Source: Felis catus | Taxonomy: Eukaryota | NCBI RefSeq assembly: GCF_018350175.1 | Contig: NC_058368.1 | Location: 237,462,001 to 237,526,000, forward strand | Direction of reading: 5' to 3' | DNA length: 64,000 nucleotides | Part shown: in pieces, positions 1 to 13,293 of the stretch | Layout of the letters: each line of letters starts with the position of its first letter | Numbering within the stretch: the stretch's first letter is position 1 | The notes under the pieces: model-generated | Databases searched by the model: none | What the model was told of the DNA's origin: nothing | What the model saw: only the letters and a program-made list of their open reading frames with translations | Made by a program: the position numbers and the translations under genes

Positions 1-2807
1 TAAAGATGTGAATGAAAACAGAAAAGGCGTTTTTCCCCCCTTTCTTTTTTAGCTTAAGTGGCATTTGTTGTTTATAATTTCTGGGTCTAAGAACTAAATG
101 TCTCCCAGTTGCAGTAAAGAAACTGTTAAAAACCTGGTTATTAAATGAATATTTTCCAAATTTTCTTCAGGATATAGTAGAACAGTATTCAACTTATAGC
201 AAATGTCTTGGGTCATTATGAAGGAAGTTTGATGGAATTCGTTCTGTAGAGACAGCGAATTGCAGGGTGTTTCTGGGAGGCTGGATGGTGTTGGTCACAG
301 GTCAGTGGTGGCCTCAGCACAGACATGTACTCGTCCTGCGGCAGCCACTCCTCTCAATGGTGAGGGTCACTTACATCCCAATGCAGTCCAAGGGGGCAGC
401 TCTTACCTCTAATTTCAAATGGGGAACCCAAGGTTCAGAGACGTGGTCATTCCCAGGAGCACTCGGGCCATCAGGGCGGCCGTGAGCCAAGGCCAGGGAC
501 CATCCCAGCAGACATGACCTCTGTCCCCATGGGTTCTGTGACTCTCCACAGTCTGCCAACAAAGCATCCATCTCAGACTCCGAAATGACGTCCTCACAGC
601 ACTTTGCTTCTCGTCCACGCTTTTGTTCATCATTTTTGTGTTCGCTGAAGGTGAATTGAAATGTGTGGAGATGTGTGTGAGGTGACTCCCAGGGTCCAGT
701 CCCCCGGTGCCACACCGTGTGCGCACGAGCCCCTAAGTTTGGTCTCCGACAACATGGGATACATGCCCGTTCTTCAATAAATGCAAGGGTGCTCTTGTAA
801 CGTGGACGCAGCGAATTCTCTTTCTCCTACGTAAATAAACATGATGGCCACGTTTCTTCATCCCCATCACCCTCTCGCTCTTCTACGTGTTCCATCTCTC
901 TAACTTTCAGAGGACCCCAGCTCACTTTTCTGTGTTATCCTGCTTCCTCATGTGCAAAGATAACTGGCCATCGATACAACCTTCAGGTGCAACCCAGGAA
1001 CATAAACGTGCAAATTCAACGGGCAAGAACTTTCGGCAGATCTGACCGTCTCTGGTTCATTCTACGATTCAGGGCAGCAAACAGGAATTGTTGAGTCACG
1101 CTGCAGAGAAGACAATCTGGCAACGAGGAGCCCTCCAAGACCGACATCGCTACGTGAAAACCAAATCACACGGTGAACCTGACGTCTGTGACGTGACCGC
1201 CCAAGCCGTGTGCTTGTGGGAGGCTCTCCCACGTCCCCTGGTCCAGGCCGATGGTTCTTCCCGGGGACAAAACCGCTCGATGGTGCAACAATCTCCATCC
1301 TACTGTTTTCTTGCAGACCACGCTCCCTGTCCAACCCCACTATCTGACAGATCCCCCGCCAAATGCCTCCTTTTCCTTGGGGGGGGACCCCATAACCCTC
1401 AGGCACTACCGCTCCTCTCCTGGAGTGTCCTGTCCGGGCATGGCTTGAAGGCTCCCAGACCTTTTTCATGTCTGAGCCCCCTGAAGCTCCAGGCACAGTG
1501 CCTTCAAAGCCCCCAAAGTCGTAGGGCCACAGCCCGTGTTCGTGGCATCCAGTGATATCAGGAAGGACCCCTCCCTCTAGAGTCGTCGGCCTCAGCCCTC
1601 CCTTCGCTTCCCAGATGAGCCGGGTTCCAGGGGGCAGCCCTCTATGCTCCTGTTGCCTGGCTCCTCTGTGAGCAGAGCATACTCGGGCATCTCTGGGTGA
1701 TGGAGGCAGGCTCCCTGCTGACCTAGTGGCCCTGGTTCCCTTTGAAGACTCGATGCCAGGCTCCCTGGGCGAAGCAGTCAGCTGGAATCTGTCTTTGCAG
1801 GGCGACTCCATTTCCCCAACGCTACTGCAGAAGGGAAGGCCAGCAAGCTAGAGACAATTACTCGTCGATTAAGGGGAGGGGAGGGTAGAAAACAGTTCTG
1901 GGGCATGGGTGTTAGGTGGCAGGCTGGTGGATGTGAGATGTCACATGACCCAGCGGCAGGAATGCGTAAAATCATTCCAGCCCGTGAGGGTCCGACCACA
2001 ATGTCAGCACAGCCCTGGCCTGACCCAAGGCCCTTCTTAGGTCCTGTCACCATGGTGACACTCACCTGGGCCCACCCAGCACTGCCCCACACCGCCCCTT
2101 GGCAGGTGCAGCCTCGGGCTGGGGGCTGTGTTAATACATAGTTTGAGGTGATGAATAGGACCATTCCACTCAAAGGGATTGATTTCAACTCCATCAAAGG
2201 GTTGGGACCAGAGGCCTAGCTCGCATTCAATCATGCCTGATGCCCTAGAAATGCCTCCCACACCGATCTCTTTCTCTCAGGACATATATGCGATGTTGTG
2301 CATCGGGAAGTGGAATACTGAGGACAATATTCCATTTACAGGATGACGAACTGGCCGTGGGAAGCAGTCTAGGGCTTTGAGATGCCCTCAGACACCGTAT
2401 GTAAGACACGCCTTCATTACCAACATACTAATCATATGAACGTTTTCAATACTTTGCATTTCAAGAAAGACCTTCTGTGTTAAACAATCAGCAACAGACT
2501 CACTCCCAAACCTTGGAAGGGTTTCGGGCTCTACTTTGTGATTATTAAAATCAAGCAAACAAAAAACAAACGACAACAAAAAAACTTTACACCAAGCTAT
2601 AAAAGGAAATAGGAAATACTCCTTAACGAAGGACACTCAGAAACATTTTTTCCATACGGCAAGTCAAGGTAAATGCTTCATTCACTTTGGAACATCGTCT
2701 AAGAAACATCTTTTTGTATTTGTATGGTATTTTGTAGGCAAGTAAATGCATTTTTCCCCTCTATTGGGCTGTGATGTGCTTGTCCACGAAGAAGAAAAGG
2801 TATCTGT

Positions 2808-3524
2808 GTTTTTTTAATATGAAATTTATTGTCAAATTGGTTTACATACAACACCCAGTGCTTGTCCCAACAGGCGCCCTCCTCAGTGCCCATCACCCAC
2901 CCTTCCCTCCCTCCCACCCCTGGATCAACCCTCAGTTGATTCTCAGTCTTTAAGAGTCTCTTATGGTTTGGCTCCCTCCCTCTCTTTTTTTTTTTCCCTT
3001 CCCCTCCCCCATGGTCTTCTGTCAAGTTTCTCAGGATCCACATAAGACTGAAAACATATGGTATCTGTCTTTCTCCGACTGACTTATTTCACTTAGCATA
3101 ATATCCTCCAGTTCCGTCCACGTTGCTACAAAAGGCCAGATTTCTTTCTTTGTCATTGCCACGTAGCATTCCATTGAGTGTATAAACCACAGTTTCTTTA
3201 TCATTCATCAGTTGATGGACATTCAGGCTCTTTTCATATCACCTCATGCCAGTCAGAGTGGCTAAAATGAACAAACCGGGAGACTAGAGATGCCAGAGAG
3301 GATGTGGAGAAACGGGAACCCTCTTGCACTGTTGGTGGGAATGCCAACTGGTGCAGCCGCTCTGGAAGACAGTGTGGAGGTTCCTCAAAAATTAAAAACA
3401 GATCTACCCTATGACCCAGCAGTAACACTGCTAGGGATTGACCCAAGGGACACAGGAGTGCTGACGCAGAGGGGCACTTGTGCCCCAATGTTTACAGCAG
3501 CACTTTCAACAAAAGCCAAATTAT
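2808..3524 (-). mobile_element. 5'-truncated, 5'-inverted felid L1 (3' UTR on minus strand about 2808-3235; ORF2 end inverted on plus strand about 3236-3524)
   Basis: Cat-type L1 3' end (ttaatatgaaatttattgtcaaattgg...), ORF2 C-terminal sequence in the opposite orientation, and TSD gaaaag(g/a)tatctgt at 2794-2807 and 3525-3538. Confidence 0.9.
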
Positions 3525-4655
3525 GAAAAGATATCTGTTTTGCAGATAATACTCACCAGGTGATGTTCCAGGCACAGCATCAAGGAACGCTCGGTGAGTA
3601 AATAGCTCGGGACCCATGTGACATGTTTCAGCCATTGTCACTTGACCTTGAGCCGGTCCCTGGCTCTCCCCGAGCCTCCTCCTTACCCTTTGTGAGAGAC
3701 GGCGGATTGGAGTCGGGGAAATTATCTCACGGCAGCCCGGAGAGTTCTACCTGAAAATCTTTGAAGCACAAATACAGAAAGATAATGAGAACAAGAAGAA
3801 AAGGAAAACACGTGTAATCCTTCTCCGTTCTTATTTCTTTTCAGATGATCTTAGTAAAGTGAAATGCTGTTCGGCAACTACTATGCCCAACACCGGAGGA
3901 GCTCTTAAATACGTCCACGTCCCGGACTGCAAGGTTTTAAAAGGGAAAAAAATAATTCAGTGTATACAACGAATCAGAGAAATCAAATGAAAACGCTTTT
4001 TCAAGCTTTATGTCCAACCTTGCAGTCCAAATTCTAACTCCAAGTTTTAGTGCCCAAGAGAGGGGTGACCTTAAGTGACAGGTGTTTCCGTCACTGTATC
4101 AGACGGGTCCCCAGCAGAGAGGACACGTGCTGACGCGCCCTCGGCAGAGAGGGGAGGGGCAGGCAGCGGACTCCGTGCCACCAGATAAAAGAGTTTTCAC
4201 ACACAGAGAAAACTGAGGGGCAGAGCTCATCCGGAAAGAAAGCTCGCGAAGCGATTCTTTGAAGGTTGGGTGTTATTTAATATTTACATTTAAAAGTAAA
4301 TTAAGGGCTCTTTAAAGGCTGTTTGCATTAAGAGATTGGATTTGCTTTAATTATGTGGTTATTTGTTGTTCCTATATAGGATTTGTTAACCCAATAAAAA
4401 TGTGGCTTTTAATAGAAAATGTGGCTTTTAAAAAATAGGACGCTAATTTCTTAGACGGCAGCCTCCTGCTCCGGGGTCAGCCTGCATCCTTCCATGACGA
4501 GCCCAGCCTGCAGCCTCCCCCTCCCCCTCCAGCCTCACTCCAGTCTCCATCCTTTGTGGGCTTGCAAACCCGGAAAGCTTGCTGTGTGGTCTTCACTCGG
4601 AGCGCGGCTTCTAGTGACCACGTTCCACCTAATTTCATTTAAAATCCTCAGTTCT

Positions 4656-4880
4656 GGGGGCGCCTGGGTGGCGCAGTCGGTTAAGCGTCCGACTTCAGCC
4701 AGGTCACGATCTCGCGGTCCGGGAGTTCGAGCCCCGCGTCGGGCTCTGGGCTGATGGCTCGGAGCCTGGAGCCTGTTTCCGATTCTGTGTCTCCCTCTCT
4801 CTCTGCCCCTCCCCCGTTCATGCTCTGTCTCTCTCTGTCCCAAAAATAAATAAAAACGTTGAAAAAAAAATTAAAAAAAA
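4656..4880 (+). mobile_element. Young felid CanSINE (SINEC_Fc-like)
   Basis: gggggcgcctgggtggcgcagtcggttaagcgtccgac head, (CT)n, A-tail, and perfect TSD aaaatcctcagttct (4641-4655, 4881-4895). Confidence 0.95.
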
Positions 4881-4895
4881 AAAATCCTCAGTTCT

Positions 4896-5112
4896 GGGGT
4901 GCCTGACTGGCTCAGTCGGTTAAGTGTCTGACTTCAGCTCAGGTCATGATCCCACACTCCGTGAGCTCGAGCCCCGAGTCGGACTCTGTGCTGACAGCCC
5001 GGAGCCTGGAACCTGCCTCGGATTCTGTGTCTCCCTCTCTCTCTGCCCCTCCCCTGCTCGTGCTCTGTCTCTCTCTCTCTCTCAAAAATAAATAAGTATC
5101 AAAATACATTTT
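4896..5112 (+). mobile_element. CanSINE (older copy, in tandem with the previous one)
   Basis: Typical tRNA-derived head, CT-rich body and A-tail, followed by aaatctcagttct. Confidence 0.93.
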
Positions 5113-6914
5113 AAATCTCAGTTCTCACCTTGCTGAAGACTGAGGCTTCCTCACCTACGAGGCACGCGGGCCATCGCGGCCCCTGGGGTTGGCCTTTCCC
5201 CACCTTCCCCGGGGCACTCAGCACGGGGATCTGAAGACTGACTGCGGCCCCCACCGCGCCTCTGTCTCCAGCCCCGCGTCTAATGTGTCCCGACTGCTGG
5301 GGCGACAGTGGCGTTTCAAGTGCAGGAAACCATAACTGGAGGACGATCGCGCAGCAGAAGGCCCATCGCCCGTCTCCCTATCTCCCGCCAGTTGCCCCAG
5401 AAGCACCGTCCTTCCCGCTGCCGGCCTTTCCCGGCACCCCCCCCCACCCCACGTCCGGACCACGTTCCCTTCTCCTTACACGGGCCAGGTGGGTGCACGC
5501 CCCTGCCTCCGGAACCCCACCTCGCTCCTCTGTCCCCACGGCTAACCACGTAGCGTCCCGCTGCGGGGCCACCTGGCCCACCTGTGGGCTGAGCCCCCCC
5601 GGGGCTGCCCCTGGAACCCCTCTCCCCGGGGGACCCTGGGCGACGGCCCAGGGCCCAGGCATTAGTTCTTCCAGCCGGGTTACATCTGTGTGTGACTGTC
5701 GTGTTCGGCCCCAGGTGAGAAGCTCACCCCCACCGGCTGTGAGGTCCGGAGCGCGCTCCAGCTGGGCCAGGGTGGGCTGGGCAGCCCCTCCACCGTGCAG
5801 CTCAAGGGCCCAGCTGGAGACGCTCGGCCCTCGAGGGATGAGCGCGTGGCCGGCCGAGTGAGCACCTGTCGGCAAGGGAGAAGGAAGCGGGTGAAGGAGT
5901 GGCGGCTCACTCGGGGAACAAGGCCACGAGGCCCACCGCTTTCTGCCTGGTTTCGCTTGGCTTGCAGCCTTGATTCACCGGTTTTGTGGCTCTGACCCTT
6001 TTCCGTGGCTTGCTGGGCCCATCACCTAGCTCCTGGAAGTGAAGCTCCTCGGGCTCCGAGTAAGGCCCAGCTATGCCCAGCGGCCACCATCCTCCCTGCC
6101 CTTACACCCACCCGGTGGCCACCAGACCTTGCTGGCCTCAGGGGGGCACAGGGCCCCATTTCTTCAAACCTGCACCCTCACATCATAATACCTTAGAACC
6201 TGTGCCCGTTGGCTTCCTCCAGCCTGGAAATGGCTCAGGATCGTGACCTGAGCCATTTCCAGCCTGGAAATGTGGTGTCGGTCACGTGAGGCAGCCGCCC
6301 ACAGGATGCGGGCAGCGAGGGGTGACCGGGGCTGTGTTCGAACCCTTCCCCAGACGGGAGCTCCGTGTGCAGCAGGGGCACACTCGTTCACACCGTACTG
6401 AGCCAAAATTTGTGTCCCTGCCATGGCAATATGCTTCTTAGGTGTGTTTTCTAGGAAAAAAAAAAGGGCAAAAGTCCAAGTCTTGCTTTAAGATATCTTT
6501 CCTGCAAGCACGGCTCTTCCCCCTTCCCGGTGTCTCCAGGCTGCTGTCCTGATGCCTGTTTGCGTCTTGACTGCCCTTTGGATGTGCTCATCACCGCCGG
6601 CCCCGGCCTGGCCTCCCCCATCCCGGGGAGCACCTTCCAGGTAAGCAGTCGCGTGAACCAGCCCACCCAGCTCCACTGCCCCCCAACCCGCCTAGTCCTT
6701 GGGGCCCTGTGTCCAACACCTGTGGAAACAAACCAGACCAAACCTATGTGGTGACTCCAACACAACAGTCTACTGGGAGACGAAACGCACTTCGTTAAGC
6801 CTGGCGGTCTCTCCACGGACGCGTGCCCACTCTGAAAACAAACTCCACCTTTGTTTTTAGATGCGCTGATCGTCCACAGCCCCCGGGGGCGGACTGTCCC
6901 CGCAACAGCAGTAG

Positions 6915-7085
6915 AAACAGCTAACGTTTGTCACATGTTTACCATTCTGGGTATTGCTAACCGTCTTACAGGCGTCATCTCGCCTGGTCCTCAAAGTAGA
7001 CCTTCTCCGCCGGGCCAGTCTTGTCTCTGTTTCAGTCTGAGCACACGGGGTCTAGGGAAGGTGCTCTAACTACAACTTGTCAAGA
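6915..7085. mobile_element. Degenerate MIR-like fragment
   Basis: aacagctaacgttt...catctcgcctggtcctca...gtctagggaagg resembles the MIR core; highly diverged. Confidence 0.45.
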
Positions 7086-10000
7086 ATTGCCAACCGATGA
7101 GGGACGGGGAGGATGTTGTCTCAGGTAACCTGGTACCGGGGCCCCACTCTTAGCCATGACGCCACCCCGGCCTGGGACGCGGTCCTGCTGGGCCCTGCGA
7201 TGCCATCCGCCTGGCCATCTCATGACCCGCCCTCGTGGGCTCTCTCTCGGACACGGGTTATTCAACCACCCCGGGGGCTCCTGCACCACCGACCGACCGT
7301 GTGCCAACGGTTACAACAGTGCTAGGAAGTGAGCGAGGGAATAAACAAAGAGGCCCCCGCAGAAGGCGCACCCGGAGGAGGCTTCCTCTGCCTTCCTACG
7401 CAATCTCTCTTCCGTCTGTTCCCACGGCGATTTCTTCCTTTCTGTCTGTGCTCAACTTCCTACCTCGTTTGACTGTATTTCATTCCGCTTTGCATTTACC
7501 ATGTGCACGAGGTACATTTATGTAATTTCATCCGTTGTATTTCTTGAATTCCTGCAACGTGACTCCACGGTTAACTGTGGCATCGAAAACACTCCCTCGG
7601 AAGGTCATGACCACCTGTTTCTTGTCAAATTCCGCGCAACCTTTTCCTACCGCGGACTCGGGTCTCCTGGGGCTTTCTCTGCACCCGCGGCTGCCACTTG
7701 TCTGCAACTTTACTGACCCGTGTTGTTCAAACCGAGAAGCCCCCGCCGCTCCCCTCCCACCTGCCCGAGTGCCTCCCTGCACCCCCACAACTGCGCTCAG
7801 CCGTGCAAACGCTCCCCCTATCTGCGTGGGCGTCCGTCTCCAGAATACCCTGGCACAGCCACACCGTGGAGGTTGTGGTTCCGCATCCAAACTGTTCAAG
7901 CGCTACACCATTTCCTTGCGGAAAATAGGTTCTTTGGAGGTGACCCTACAGACTTGTAGGTGCTGATTTGTTGGAAGGACCGAGGAAGGCGCGAGGGAGG
8001 GAGGGGCGTGTGTGGGGGGGGTGGGGGGTGCAGTGATGACTCCACCTCTCACCTCTCCTCTCCGGAGGGTCTGTATGAAATCTTGGCTGCCCTCCCCTCT
8101 GCCCCTCTGCCCCCAGCCACCGCCCTGGGCCAGGCCCCAGTCCCCTGCCCTGACCTCCCCAAGATCTTTCCCTTATGAAACGTATCTCCCGGGTTTTCAC
8201 CGTATCATCTTCTGGAATTGAGCCTGGGGGCTGAAATTTATAGTCATCCCATCATGACTCCACCTGCAGTCTAAGCGTGGAGGTTCAGAGACCCTCACGC
8301 GTCCCCTTCCTTACACAAACATTGTCGCGACATCAGCTCATTCCTGAGAATGTGCGCCCTGTGCAGAGAACCTTCCGGTCCTTCTCTTCCCCAGCCCGCC
8401 TCAGGCCACACTCCCATAGGTAGCGCACTTGTGGTGTTGGCTTTGTGCTTTGGATTTTTAACCATGATCTGATGGTAGATTCCCGAGGGCCCGGGTTACC
8501 CCTAACAGGGTGGCCGTGCTTCCGGAACAAAGCCCATTCCCATAAATACGCTTACTCGGTGCAGCGTATCACCGTCCTCAGTGCGTCTGACAATATCGGG
8601 ACGCACGCTTAGCAAGGGGCCCCCGTCTGGCTCACACCGCGGGTTTCCTTGCGCAGTCTCAGCCAGGACCCCCGCCGCCGGGTCCGGGGAGCCCTGTGGT
8701 CCCTCCGGCCAGGCCCGCAGAGCTCAGGCTTCTCTTTCATCCTGCTCGGGGCACACAGGACTCTCTGGATTCGTTTATTTATGCACCAGGGAAACCGACA
8801 GGCAAATTTTCAAAAAGGATTGTATGTCATTAATTCCTATTGATGTTAAAACTTTCCTTTTTAGCAAAACAAAAAACTGTCGGGTGAGCAAGATGCTCTC
8901 TGTCAATAGCGGGAAGGAAACTAAATGTGAAAACATACTAAATAATTGCCCGACGGTACTTGTACTAATGACCGTAAACTTCTACTCTGCTAATTTTTCT
9001 CTACACTTTTAATTACCGATCAATAATACTTTGCAGTTGACATTTAAAAATGCTGAACCACATGCAGCAACACAGACTGAGTGAAAATCTACAATGTGGG
9101 ACTGAATTTGCCAAATCAATAAACGTTGCCATTTAACAAATAGTAGCATGTAAACACTCACCAAGATTAGCAAGCGCGAAGGGCTGCACCTGCGGGGTTT
9201 AATTACTGTTTAATAACACGACGCTGCATCTCGCGGACGGAAGCCCTCTGCCGGGGGAAACAGGGCAGCCCCTGTCCTCGGCCCTGTCGTCCAGACCAAC
9301 CTCCTCAGCCACAGGAGAGCCTGCTGAGAAGATGTGGCTTGATGGTCTGAAGGGACAGACATCTCCATGCATGGGCATTCTCCTTGCTTAAAAGGAATTC
9401 CTTCATAAAAATCAAAGGGTCTGCCCAATGTCTGTAATCGATTGAATTATAAAGGCATTAGATGAAGGCATGTGATCTTAAAACCATCCTCTCGTGAGGA
9501 TATCAATATTATGTCAATCATTTGTTTGGAATATAAAGCATGGAGGCTATGAAACACCCATCCACCTTGGAGACTAAAGAAAAGGAAGTCTTAGAACACC
9601 ATGCAGACCTCAGGAAAATCAATTTTTGTAGAGCGCTGTGGTAGAGCATAAGCAATCTTCATTTTTATTATTATTAGCAATAATAATAAATCTAAACCTT
9701 AAGTACCGGGAGCCTGCGATTGTCAAAACGCCGTTATCCACAGCGGAGGCAGAAGTGATTTGTCTCGGCTTCGCTGGGCCGTCGACGGGCAGCCGGGCGG
9801 TCCGTGTGCGTGTTTGCAAGATGGCAGTGGTCGGTGGGCCCGTGCGGGTCTTCTCCTTCGCCTCGGCAACTTTTCGTGCCACGTTTGGCAAGAGGAACGT
9901 GGAAACGAAGTGAAAGACGTCAGCTCGCACCACAGCTGCAGAGCGGTCCGCTGGCTTCTCAAGGCATCTCCTCTGCTCGATGGGAAAAGTCCAGAAGCTA

Positions 10001-11014
10001 TTTAATGTTCCTGTTTACATAGCATCTCAGCCACCACAACTGGTGGCCCGAATCTGTTGAATGTGCGCCACTAGAGTCCGTTCTGGTTGAGCAGAACCAG
10101 AGAAGGGCACACTCAGAAGGCGGGCCCAGTGGCGGGGGGTCGGGCCGGTCCTCTGCGTGGCCTCGGAGCCAGGCTGACTCGTGGGGCCCAGGGGTCCCGC
10201 CGGGGTCAGACTTTCTTATTTTCCAAGGACAGTCTTCCTTTATAAGGACGCCAGGGACGCCAGGCTGCCCTCTGCACTTGGCTCGTCCCGCACCCAGACT
10301 GGGCTCACGACACGCCTCTGGGCCTCCCCTCAGCACGAGGCCGAGTGGGGTAAGCTGCCTTCCTCCTGTCGGTCCCATGGCCTCAGAGGGTATGGAGGGT
10401 GTCCCGAGAGGGACTCCTGAGAGGAAGGAGTGGAGGCGTCCAAACCTTCTCCCTCCCGGCCCCCTCCGAGACCACCCTTCTCCATTTCCAGTCCTTATTC
10501 CAGCCCCGAGCACATGGGTCGACCAGATGGCCCTGCCCTTCCCCAGCTCCTTCTCATCCAGGGCTTCCTGGTTCAGCATCGTCCTCCTCAGGTGGGCGAG
10601 AAAGGTCGAGACTGCTCTTGCTTTCGCTCCGCGCTCGGGACAGGGCGCTCTCGCGTTTTCACTCCCACTGGCCTGCCCCGCTTCAAGGTCCCCTCCACCC
10701 CTGTTCACAACTTGCCCTTCTGTGACTCACCCCTGGGCCGGCCCCAGTTTTCTGGTTGAATCGAAATGAGTTTCTGATACTTCCTGCCTCACAACCGACG
10801 GACGGCTCCCGCTCCACAAATGAAGGGCTTTCTCATGGCATTCGAGGACCCAGCGTCCCGACCCCACCCTTGTCCCCTAACAGGGCCTCCTCCAGGGCAA
10901 GCACGTGCCCGCAGGCCGCCAGGCTGGGCAGAAACCCAGGCTCGCCTTTAAGTGGAAAATGTGCTTTCACAACAGATTTATCACCGTCTGCATAAATCAC
11001 GTGTCTGCCAAGGG

Positions 11015-11157
11015 AAAAAGACAGAAAGACAGACAGAAAGGAGGCAAGACGGAAGGAAGGGAAAGGAAGGAAGGAGAGAGGGAAAGGAAAGGAAAGGAAA
11101 GGAAAGGAAAGGAAAGGAAAGGGAGACAAAGACAAAGACAGACAAAGAAGAAAGAAG
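11015..11157 (+). repeat. Purine-rich simple repeat, (GGAAA)n/(GACA)n
   Basis: Seen directly: ggaaaggaaa x n. Confidence 0.9.
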
Positions 11158-12179
11158 GCGCCCCGAGAGGCAAGGGTCTGATTTTGAACACCATCTTACT
11201 CCAGAGCACCTGGCTGCTTTTCTGTCTTGAAACAACGCTGAACATATGGCCCTGGCATTTTCCAGGAGACTCTGATGGGCTTGGCCTCCTGCCATGAGTG
11301 TGATGGCCTTGGCCTCCTCTGGGTCACTCCGATCACCAAGCCCCAGGGGAGCTCGGTGATGTTACAGGCCCTCCTCCGAAACACTGTCTGATGTATTTAT
11401 CCAAGTGTGCCCTGTCCTCCCAGGCAGCTGTCAGGTGTGGAGAGACCTCAGCCACGGACAAGGTCATGGTGGGAGCCTCCCTGAAAGCCACACTTGACTC
11501 CAGGGCTGGTGAGTGAGTCTATTCAACGTAGCAGGAGAGAGCTGTGTTCCTAATATCGGGACAACAAGGCTTGGGTTGAGGTCAGGGGGTCGGCCTGGGA
11601 GCTCAGAATCATGACAAGGTGGGGTCAAAGGGAACGGAGTGCAGAGTGGCACCTCCCACCTGCACACGTGGCACACAAGACCTGGAGCACAGGGCTCGCC
11701 GCGCCGAGAGGCAGGGCGTGGGCAGGTCCGGCGGAAGGAAGAGCAGGCAGTTCTCCTGGCCCTCTCTCCAGACATTCCCCCGCCACCATGACCAATTCTT
11801 GAAGCTTACAACAGGATGGCCACTACTACTGAACGACTGTCCGTGTGCTGAAGGGCGTGGAGAACGACAAGGTTATCCCGCAGCCGCCCCTGCTGTGCGT
11901 CTGGTCTGCGGGAAGCAGACCACAGCAGCACGTGCAGTGAGGCACATGGCAATGGAAGGTCAGTGAGCACACCCCGATCTCCTGGCTCGGTCCTGGGTGC
12001 AGCAGAGCCTTACGGCCCCATTCAGGTGGATGAACCTGGAGAAAACATCTGGTCAGAACCACCCTCCGTCCTCAGGAAAGCACATAGTAGCAATGGTTCC
12101 TTAGTCATCACTGTAAGAGAAGTGATTCCGGGGTGACAGCTACAAGTGGTGGAGGGCAATTCTTAGATGATTGAAGCTA

Positions 12180-12266
12180 AACTAGCCAGACACTTGATCA
12201 AGCCATCCCTGAATTCCGTACCAACCCCTGGGCTTAGCTGTTGTGAGAGCCAATAAACTCCTATTA
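12180..12266 (+). mobile_element. MaLR (MLT1-type) LTR 3' fragment
   Basis: cacttgatcaagccatccctgaa...cccctggg...tgtgagagccaataaactc resembles the MLT1 3' end. Confidence 0.5.
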
Positions 12267-13293
12267 AACAAAAATGAAAATAAAACATAGGACTACGAGG
12301 AGCAAAGGACATGGCAGGGACCGACTACCGGAGGGAAGGTAGCCCTGACGTTAGAGCCCTCTTGGTGGGACACAGGAAATTGCTAATAAAAACGCCACGG
12401 CCAGAGATGCTTCTGCAGCGTGTGGAAGTCAAAAAACGTGAATTAAATACAAAGACGTTCCCTGAAAGTGAAGTAAAAACTTCGTTTGCAGCGTAACTGT
12501 CCCCACTGCACCTGCACCCCCACGGGACAGTCTCCGGCCCTGTGCCCTGTCCACTTGCAAGGGGCGTCATTTGTCATTTCTGCTGAGCCATCACGACCAA
12601 ATGACCTTTTTCAGACAACAGTTGGGGAGTTAGCTAGCCATCCGGGTAAAAACATATCAAAATAATAAGTAGGGGTAATTGATATCTAAATATCTGCAGA
12701 GTGGTTAGGATCAGTCAACTCGTAATGTTGCATTCGAGGAAGTGTGGCCGCCACAGGCCTACTAGCGGTCACCCTTAAAGACACCTCTCCCGGGAGAAGT
12801 CGGTCCTGTTGAGACCAGACAGACAGCGGTCTGGTTGCGCAGAAACGGCCACTCACTGGTGTGAACTAAATGCTCAGGCTTCAGACCGAGATTCCATCTT
12901 CCAGCAGCAGCAGGAGGAAATCCCACCTAAGGGTCAACTTGCCCTCCATCTGGAGAGGACAACAGAGGACATTTGACAAGGGGGTGAGGACATGTGCCTG
13001 CAAGAAGCAGCCTTGCCCAGAATGTGGACATAAACGTGTGCGCCTGTCAATGAGTGTGTACGGGGTGCGTGGGTGCACACGCGTGCTGCTCAGGTGTTCC
13101 TCCGTGTTCATGCATGCTGTCACTGGAGTGCGCGGGTGTGTGTGTGAGAGGAGGCCAGCATTAAGTGTGGCGGGGTTCAGAGGGACCCTTTCAGCTCTGT
13201 TAAGTTAGTGTGGACACACCCGCACGATGTCTCACCCCCTCCCTGGGCACACCTCTTCGCCGCTCACACCCCGTCCCAGGCACAACCCCCCAC

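Noticed and set aside
1062..1811. 249-aa minus and 155-aa plus ORFs
   Set aside because: No recognisable homology, codon bias or exon context.
4656..4740. tRNA-like A/B boxes
   Set aside because: These are heads of tRNA-derived CanSINEs, not tRNA genes. The same applies to all copies.
9638..9913. ORF containing LSTAEAEVI, reminiscent of the Ty1/copia RNase H motif
   Set aside because: A 7-residue match with no other pol motifs or LTRs; copia elements are not known in mammals. Treated as chance.
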